From: Candidatus Thorarchaeota archaeon
GTDB lineage: Archaea; Asgardarchaeota; Heimdallarchaeia; Hodarchaeales; Hodarchaeaceae
Length of the DNA: 5,160 bases
Assembly (NCBI GenBank): GCA_048882505.1
Contig: JBHLRO010000045.1
Coordinates: 1 to 5,160 of the forward strand
Reading direction: 5' to 3'
In this document: positions 1 through 5,160 of the stretch, one piece after another
Layout of the letters: each line of letters opens with the position of its first letter
Numbering within the stretch: position 1 is the first letter of the stretch
The notes under the pieces: model-generated
The model's database searches: none
Told to the model about the DNA's origin: nothing
The model's input: the letters and a program-made list of their open reading frames with translations, nothing else
Position numbers and translations under genes: made by a program

Positions 1-99
1 ACAAAGGCCTTGGCTATTCAGGTATGGAAACTAAATCTAGGTGCACAGACATCAGACCGTTCCTTTTTCCCACACTTCCCTTCCTATCGTTCTGATCCA

Positions 100-160
100 T
101 CCTAATCCTATCTGACGATTAGACTGCTCATTTTAACGCGGTAAGCTCTTGCGCGATTAG
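100..160. repeat. Copy A core: 61-bp imperfect direct repeat of the 23S 3' end plus trailer (1768-1828)
   Basis: tcctaatcctatctgacgattagactgctcattttaacgcggtaagctcttgcgcgattag vs tcctaatcctatttgacgattggactactcgtttcaacgcggtcagcccttgcgcgattag: 54/61 identical, ungapped, counted by hand. Weaker similarity extends left to ~47. Confidence 0.95.
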
Positions 161-340
161 TAACATCTATTGTGAAAGTCATAGCTGAGGATTTTGCCCT
201 CCTATAAAACCTCTACACCTGATTCACTTCCCCGAATGTTTCATTCCCGTTCCTTCAGTTTTATTTGGTTCCGAAACGAGGAGTTCGAAAACGACTGTTG
301 ACTCTTTCTTTACCTATTCATTAGCTTTTCATCTTCTTAG

Positions 341-841
341 TTACGGCACAAGAACCGTAGTATTCGTTTCCCATCGATGGAAGCCACTGGGACCTATTGC
401 AATAACCCCAACATAACAAACGGAAGTGGGTGGGAGAGAGAAGAGGGTATGAAATTCAAAGCGTGCTTCCTCATCCACTGCCAAGCTAAGATTTCCTTTA
501 ATAATTGTAACTTTAGTCGCATCCTGGATATCCCCAAGGCTTTTGTTAAATTCTAACCCCCCATCGGGAGTGGAATTGAATTCCATCACTGGTTTCCAGA
601 AATTAATCGGTTCCTTCCAGAGATATACATATTTGATGTGATATTGGTCTCCTTCTGGTCTTGAATCACCCTTGTAATAACAACCTGTGGTAAATCGAAT
701 GGTGCCATTGCTATAAACCCTCTCGTTGTCTACACGGAGTTCCATATACGAGAACGGTGTCAAGGTGAATGGTCTATCCCGAACCAACTCATTATATAGA
801 AGTATGTACCCCCCGAGTAAAACACAGAGCGTGATTGCCAA
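341..841 (-). CDS. Hypothetical membrane-anchored protein (~166 aa or slightly longer) with an N-terminal TM helix and a soluble beta-rich domain
   Basis: Long ORF. The frame is open upstream to 919 (..RISFRIRVVLPLAITLCVLLGGYILLYNE), giving a basic + hydrophobic anchor. The start codon is unclear and no family is recognised. Confidence 0.65.
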   Translation of the reverse strand: MAITLCVLLGGYILLYNELVRDRPFTLTPFSYMELRVDNERVYSNGTIRFTTGCYYKGDSRPEGDQYHIKYVYLWKEPINFWKPVMEFNSTPDGGLEFNKSLGDIQDATKVTIIKGNLSLAVDEEARFEFHTLFSLPPTSVCYVGVIAIGPSGFHRWETNTTVLVP

Positions 842-891
842 GGGGAGAACGACTCTAATTCGAAATGATATCCTCTCCAGTGGGCAAATAC

Positions 892-1226
892 CTATGTTTG
901 CAAAACCTTTCCATAGTTGCTACGTCGTATATTAGCCTACTAATTTCCAAACCCACATTTAAGGCAGATTTGCGGCCCCTCCATTATCTGGATCCTGAGC
1001 TCCAACCGCAGTATTGACGCATGTGTGATGAGTAAATAACTCCCTGCCATCATTGAAATAAAGCCCAACATAGCACATATGAGAAATCCTAGTGGATATA
1101 ACTTGCCCACTTCATGCCTTAGGACTAGAATTATCACCAATGCTCCCATAATCAGGACTACCCCTAATAGGGCCTTGAGATCCCACCTCCTCAAATTTCC
1201 TTCTTGAACATCCAATTTAATCCCAC
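892..1226 (-). pseudogene. Decayed paralog of the 1353-1673 zinc-ribbon membrane protein (ORF 940-1215 plus read-through remnant)
   Basis: AGSYLLITH...PQICLKCGFGN aligns with VGGYLLVIH...PRICPACHFAN. After TAG TAG the same frame reads ANIRRSNYGKVLQT* (stop 892-894), matching ISEGCGHCGTVFTKSD* with both second-knuckle Cys codons altered (CGT, TAT). Confidence 0.7.
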
Positions 1227-1338
1227 CTTACTTCACTCTTACCCTCAATCCTATCAGCGGTTCCAGACATCAGATCGACCCTTTTCACCCACATTCCTTT
1301 GATTGTCCTTCTTCTTACTCCTAGTACTATCTGACGAT
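1219..1338. repeat. Copy B: diverged copy of the 23S-trailer/leader element
   Basis: 1265-1338 vs 1714-1787 is 52/74 identical without gaps. The anchors aatcccacctt (1219/1666), agaYatcagatc (1265/1714) and tcctaRtMctatYtgacgat (1319/1768) recur at offsets of 447-449 bp. Confidence 0.85.
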
Positions 1339-1352
1339 CGCCTGTTTTTTTC

Positions 1353-1673
1353 CTAATCGCTCTTCGTAAACACCGTTCCACAATGGCCACACCCTTCACT
1401 TATGGTTGGATTGGCGAAATGGCAGGCTGGACAGATGCGCGGGGTCGTTATCGATTCCTCCACCATGAGTCCAGAAAGTAGCAGAGGTACATGTATTACG
1501 AGGAGGTATCCCCCGACAATCATTAGAACCAAGGCCAGCGCCCAGGTTTTTGCCTGCTCCTCCGGAATATACGTAAAAAACAACCATCCGATTAAGAATA
1601 GCACCAGGTCAAAAAGCACCTTCATCCCTGCCCCGCTCCAATTGACTTCCTGTTGTTCCAGCTCGAATCCCAC
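1353..1673 (-). CDS. Small membrane protein with 2 TM helices and a C-terminal zinc ribbon (CxxC-x10-CxxC)
   Basis: Hydrophobic segments VLFDLVLFLIGWLFFTYI and WALALVLMIVGGYLLVIHVPLLL, followed by CPACHFANPTISEGCGHCG. Start is uncertain (GTG 1673 or ATG 1625). Confidence 0.8.
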   Translation of the reverse strand: MGFELEQQEVNWSGAGMKVLFDLVLFLIGWLFFTYIPEEQAKTWALALVLMIVGGYLLVIHVPLLLSGLMVEESITTPRICPACHFANPTISEGCGHCGTVFTKSD

Positions 1674-1828
1674 CTTTGGTTTTATTCTACCGCAACTGTT
1701 AATAAACGTGTCTAGATATCAGATCAATCCAATTCCCCTTTACCTCTTCCATTGCGCTCCTTTTTTCTCCTAATCCTATTTGACGATTGGACTACTCGTT
1801 TCAACGCGGTCAGCCCTTGCGCGATTAG
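1666..1828. repeat. Copy C: rRNA-attached copy of the repeat (last ~20 nt of 23S plus ~140 nt downstream)
   Basis: Contains all anchors shared with copies A and B and overlaps the 23S 3' end at 1808-1828. Confidence 0.85.
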
Positions 1829-2145
1829 GGATGGCCAGTTAAACATGTCGGCCGAAGCCTCCACGCGTACGCTGCCATTCTATCAACGGGGTCTTCTACC
1901 CCAGCGCTCGTCTACTTGCCCACAGTTGCCGTCGCCAGCCCCTGTGTCTTTCCAGATACAAGCAGAGTGGATCTTTCTTTTCAAGGTGGGGTTCGTGCTT
2001 AGATGCTTTCAGCGCTTATCCCGTGGCGCGTGCCTGCCCGGCAATGCCCACCCGGACAACCGGTAGAGTAGAGGCGCCGACACCCCGTTCCTCTCGTACT
2101 GAGGGCACCTTCCTTTCAAAGATCCAACACGCTTATAGATAAGGA
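1808..2145 (-). rRNA. rrl: 23S (LSU) rRNA 3'-terminal fragment: H73 3' strand plus domain VI (about E. coli 2609 to the 3' end); partial gene
   Basis: The minus strand reads UCCUUAUCUAUAAGCGUGUUGGAUCUUUGAAAGG..., then the sarcin-ricin loop AGUACGAGAGGAAC (plus 2087-2100), CUACCGGUUGUCC, GGGAUAAGCGCUGAAAGCAUCUAAGCACGAA, GUUGAUAG and the terminal CUAAUCGCGCAAGGGCUGACC. These are conserved LSU domain VI motifs in the correct order. The H94 strands GGAUCUUU/AAAGAUCC pair. Similarity stops abruptly at ~2145, where the expected upstream GUGAGACAG.. (H93) is replaced by AT-rich sequence. Ends are approximate. Confidence 0.95.
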
Positions 2146-2223
2146 TATTTTATTGAAATAGGCCTTCTTATTGGATTTGGATACCAATTCATTTACAGAT
2201 TAGTTTTATTATCTGCTGATCTC

Positions 2224-2595
2224 CTAAGAATCCGTATTGTGGTCAATTTCAGTAAGCATAGAATTGATCTTTTTCCCTGTTTCTGTAAGTCCATATAGTC
2301 TTCCTTTTGTAGATGAAGGTGAAAGACATAAGACAATTCTCCTTTCCTTAAGTTTTGCAAGGCATTCGCTTACCGTTGAGAAGTTAATCTTAAGTTCCTT
2401 AGCCAATTCAGACGGAAAATATGGCCTTTTTCCCAATTGTGTGATAATTCTGTAACGATTTCTACTAATTCTCCCGTAAGAGGCCAGTTCCCATAATTCA
2501 TCCTCGTTACACAACGTTGTTGAACCTCCACACTCAAGTCTGTTGAGCTTCGCCACCCTTAAGTAAAGAATCTTCTTGACATATTTTTGAGTCAA
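2224..2595 (-). CDS. Winged helix-turn-helix transcriptional regulator (ArsR/MarR-like, small archaeal type); true start probably TTG at 2514 (~96 aa)
   Basis: SRNRYRIITQL..PYFPSELAKELKINFSTVSECLAKLKERRIV..KGRLYGLTETGK fits the wHTH pattern (helix, PSELA-x-EL HTH, wing GRxYxLTxxG). GGAGGT (SD-like) lies 9 nt before the in-frame TTG at 2514. Confidence 0.85.
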   Translation of the reverse strand: MTQKYVKKILYLRVAKLNRLECGGSTTLCNEDELWELASYGRISRNRYRIITQLGKRPYFPSELAKELKINFSTVSECLAKLKERRIVLCLSPSSTKGRLYGLTETGKKINSMLTEIDHNTDS

Positions 2596-2601
2596 TCTGC
2601 C

Positions 2602-2620
2602 TTTATAAATCCTTTCATGA
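2602..2620. promoter_or_regulatory. TATA-like box plus TCATGA palindrome, copy 1 (TTTATAAAT-cct-TTCATGA)
   Basis: Archaeal TATA consensus readable on both strands, upstream of the wHTH gene; 16/19 identical to 3001-3019. Confidence 0.45.
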
Positions 2621-2624
2621 ACTA

Positions 2625-2890
2625 TTGCGACTGTACTCGGTGGGCAGGAGCATTTCCTTCTCTTCCGCTATAAAAAATTTTAGGGGACACCTGCCCTGCA
2701 AAGCTTTCTGACCTTTCTCCTGCTAGTTGCTCAGAATTTCCGCAGGCCAGCTGGATACAATCATAAACTCGTGGATCCAACACCCTCCTATCTCCAGGAG
2801 GTCCACCCTCTCTTCGATTCAAACAGGAGCCCGTCACCTATCAACATTGTACTGGTAAGTGACACATTCGTCAGCTAACGGTGTATTTTT
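2625..2890. ncRNA. Second candidate structured RNA block of unknown family
   Basis: Stems gggcagg/cctgccc (2642-2648/2690-2696), cctgc/gcagg (2719-2723/2742-2746) and nested gtgga..cctcct/aggagg..tccac (2771-2806). No convincing ORF. Confidence 0.35.
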
Positions 2891-3000
2891 CTCAAATCAG
2901 GTTGATCCTTTCCTTGGGGAACCTTTTTGTGTTAAAGACTGTTAATAACTTCCGTTGCCCTTGATGCCACAGAGGGCCTGCTGAAGAACTTCATTTAGTT

Positions 3001-3019
3001 TTTATAAATGGATTCATGA
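3001..3019. promoter_or_regulatory. TATA-like box plus TCATGA palindrome, copy 2 (TTTATAAAT-gga-TTCATGA)
   Basis: Same motif and spacing as 2602-2620; directly precedes the hairpin cluster at 3030-3246. Confidence 0.45.
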
Positions 3020-3029
3020 CCGTGAATAT

Positions 3030-3246
3030 ATCCCAATGGGCGGCCCTATGGGCCCGCGGGTACCCTCTCCTTGGCACGCCAGATTTTCTGGTCAGTTTCT
3101 CTCAGATACCCAGCCCATCGGTCGGATCCTGGAGTGATAAATCCAGATTGGGTTGCTGTCACATACCTCCACAACGAGGTTGTGACCTTAGCTATACCTT
3201 CAGACAGACTGAAAGGATCATTAATAGCTCTAGTTCACTTTTTTTT
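3030..3246 (+). ncRNA. Candidate structured non-coding RNA of unknown family (strand tentative)
   Basis: Consecutive hairpins at 3042-3054, 3079-3091, 3129-3146, 3158-3186 and 3190-3229. It is preceded by TTTATAAA (3001-3008) and followed by T8 (3239-3246). The overlapping ORFs of 71-79 aa look non-coding. Confidence 0.45.
3239..3246 (+). terminator. Oligo-T tract, possible archaeal terminator of the plus-strand candidate RNA
   Basis: T8 immediately after the last stem (agctat/atagct, 3190-3229). Confidence 0.35.
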
Positions 3247-3524
3247 ATTGTTTAACTACGGTTATCCTTCATATCGGGGTGTTTGAGGCAGCAATTAATG
3301 CATTGTAAACATAAATTGCAAACGATTCGTTTTCATCGTGCACAACGGGTGTCATCGACGAGAAACTGATGTTTTAACTATTCTAGATCTGAATACTTTG
3401 TATTCCCAAGACCCAGTTTTCTAGGAACTTGGTACAGGCTGGAAATGTTTGAAAGAACAGAATCGAAACAAGATCCAGGCGATTAAAGCCTTAGGGGCCT
3501 TTACGAACCTCTCAAAATATCTCC

Positions 3525-4058
3525 TTAGTACTCAACCGATACCCGTATGTGATCCATCCAAACATCATTAATCGTTTTGGCAACGTATACATAAATGACG
3601 AAATTATCGGGATTGGCATACGTATCCGTGATATCTACAACAACAGAACGGTATTCGAAATCTCCAACATTGATCATCATCCACCCTGATGTACCTTTCA
3701 GTCTCCCATTATAATATACCTGTGCATAAAACTCAGCCCAACTCCAGCTTGCTAATGCCCTGAGCGAAACATCCACTTGTTTTATAGTTTTTGTTCCTAT
3801 ATCAAAGGAATAACCATCAGTCTTGACTTTTCCCCAACTAGAATACCAAGAAATTAGGGCAGCGTCCCCGCCAACATCTACGATATTCCCTGGATACCAT
3901 ACGTTGCCTGCATCATAAGCAAAAGATGAATTTTTATAATTTGTCCAAACAGCTAGGATTGCAGATGTCGTACTGAGCGCAAGGACTATCAAAAAGCTAG
4001 ATAGAATCTTTTTCTTAAACTTCGGTTTGCTCAAACGTTCACACCTCTTTTGAGACAT
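3525..4058 (-). CDS. Hypothetical secreted or N-terminally anchored protein, 177 aa, predicted beta-rich extracellular domain
   Basis: ATG start; basic N-terminus (KPKFKKK) followed by a hydrophobic helix (ILSSFLIVLALSTTSAILAVW); alternating aromatic/hydrophobic strand pattern ending in WMDHIRVSVEY. No family recognised. Confidence 0.8.
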   Translation of the reverse strand: MSQKRCERLSKPKFKKKILSSFLIVLALSTTSAILAVWTNYKNSSFAYDAGNVWYPGNIVDVGGDAALISWYSSWGKVKTDGYSFDIGTKTIKQVDVSLRALASWSWAEFYAQVYYNGRLKGTSGWMMINVGDFEYRSVVVDITDTYANPDNFVIYVYVAKTINDVWMDHIRVSVEY

Positions 4059-4900
4059 TTGTGATAGAATTGGTGATAGAGGATGCTTTATTAGGGTTAT
4101 TAATGAATTCTTGAGAGATTATTACTCAATACTTGACACATTATTCATCCTCATGAAAAGCAATAGAGTGTTTACATTGTTTTCAATTTCTCCAGCTTTG
4201 TTAATAGATGGTTATCAACCTAACTTGAAAATGCCTCTTCCAATGAGCAAGGGTTATCTAGGTACCAGGATGTAACAAACGTTTTTCCTCTAAACTCCTC
4301 TATCGTAGATAAGCCTCGTCAGATTCCAACAGTATTCCCGCAGGCTGGCATTTCAATTTGAAAATACGCACAACTATATAATATTGATTTAAACGACCAT
4401 CGAAAATAAGATGCTTAACTAGTGGTTTCTTATTATTAACTGAATGCCTCTCGATTTTATAGAACTTGACCTAAAATCCACTAATGAAAAAATATTGATT
4501 AATAAACCTCGACAGGGCTTTGGGCTAGTTTTATGGGATGGTGGGCTAAGATATTTTTGGCGGTGTCTTTCAGACTATTATCAAACTGCTGGCAGGTTTG
4601 GGACAAGGGGGGGCTAATGTTCGGACAATGTGGGTTTCTGTAGTATAATAGGCTGCTAAGATATCTAGGCTGGTACATTACTAGAGTTCATGATTGCTCC
4701 TATTAACAAATACAGGTCTCTATCAGCTTGGTTTCTGGTTTTTTGAACGCTCGTATGATAAATGGATATTCCCCTTTAGAATAGGTTGTTAAGTTTACTG
4801 ATGGGAGTTTAGGTTTGCCAATCTTTTCATGATGTCGGATGTCAATCCAATGTTCGGTTGGGCCGACGCTAATCGCTTAATTCACTCGTAACTATTTTTT

Positions 4901-5160
4901 TTACCTATTCCATGTTTCTATCAATTGGAGAAAGGAATTTTTTGAAATATCGAGAAGATCCTTTTTAATTCTTCCATCTTCGAGGAGGATGACTCTGTCA
5001 CCATTTTGAGGGATGTTAAAGTCATGCGTCGAAATAATCAATAAGCAATTTCTTTGTTGAGTGGCTCCACGTAATAAATTAATGATTTCAGTTGCTGTTT
5101 CCATATCTAAGGCTCCAGTTGGTTCATCTGCCAAAATAAGTTTGGGATCATTTACAAGTG
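4901..5160 (-). CDS. ABC transporter ATP-binding protein, LolD/MacB(SalX)-type, C-terminal part (5' end outside the window)
   Basis: The frame is open from the window edge: LVNDPKLILADEPTGALD (Walker B + D-loop) ... LLIISTHD (H-switch) ... DRVILLEDGRI. The TTG at 5134 in the ORF track is internal, not the start. Confidence 0.93.
   Translation of the reverse strand, partial: LVNDPKLILADEPTGALDMETATEIINLLRGATQQRNCLLIISTHDFNIPQNGDRVILLEDGRIKKDLLDISKNSFLQLIETWNR

Noticed and set aside
112-118. CTGACGA (hammerhead core-like) in repeat copies A and B
   Set aside because: No stem II followed by GAAA; copy C has TTGACGA.
726-935. 69-aa plus-strand ORF; also 72-aa plus-strand ORF at 2237-2455
   Set aside because: Antisense shadows of the 166-aa gene and the wHTH gene.
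1217-1399. 60-aa minus-strand ORF across repeat B
   Set aside because: The equivalent frame is stopped or shifted in copies A and C, and it overlaps the zinc-ribbon gene end; similarity is at the nucleotide level.
1402-1773. 123-aa plus-strand ORF and 63-aa minus-strand ORF (1396-1587)
   Set aside because: Both overlap the better supported zinc-ribbon gene and have no recognisable features.
47-1828. CRISPR array interpretation of the repeats
   Set aside because: Repeats are long, diverged and hundreds of bp apart with genes between them; no cas genes are present.
1752-2066. 104-aa plus-strand ORF
   Set aside because: Antisense to the 23S rRNA fragment; a shadow ORF.
2774-2783. 10-mer gatccaacac shared with 2121-2130 (would be antisense to the rRNA fragment)
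   Set aside because: A 10-nt match is expected by chance between regions of this size, and no flanking C/D boxes are present.
3075-3110. TPP-riboswitch-like words on the minus strand (CUGAGA ... CUGA-CCAG-AAAAU-CUGG-CGU)
   Set aside because: No room for the P2 3' strand or J2/4 between CUGAGA and the P4/P5 part, and no thiamine gene downstream.
2622-3286. Three short ORFs (71, 79 and 71 aa) in the structured region
   Set aside because: No motifs, two overlap on opposite strands, and they coincide with dense hairpins; more likely non-coding.
3300-3524. Possible pseudogene remnant on the plus strand (..FVFIVHNGCHRRETDVLTILDL..*ELGTGWKCL..)
   Set aside because: No start codon, an internal stop and no recognisable family; cannot be supported without a search.

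Overview
Archaeal-type window (Asgard-like by inference) in which all credible genes lie on the minus strand. In transcription order, right to left: (1) the C-terminus of a LolD/MacB-type ABC ATPase; (2) ~840 bp without a convincing ORF; (3) a 177-aa secreted or membrane-anchored hypothetical protein; (4) a ~630-bp hairpin-dense, apparently non-coding block (2620-3246) carrying two copies of TTTATAAAT-NNN-TTCATGA; (5) a small ArsR/MarR-like winged-HTH regulator; (6) an isolated ~340-nt 3' module of 23S rRNA; (7) an array of small membrane-protein genes. The rRNA module covers the H73 3' strand and domain VI, with an intact sarcin-ricin loop and an enlarged, branched H98/ES39. No upstream part of 23S appears in the 3 kb before it. 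The rRNA 3' end and trailer recur in three diverged copies (~47-160, ~1219-1338, ~1666-1828). Two copies are followed by paralogous 2-TM + zinc-ribbon genes, one intact and one decayed. The main candidates for something new are the detached but structurally intact LSU rRNA module and the cassette-like array attached to its 3' end. An assembly chimera or simple tandem duplication cannot be excluded from this window alone.
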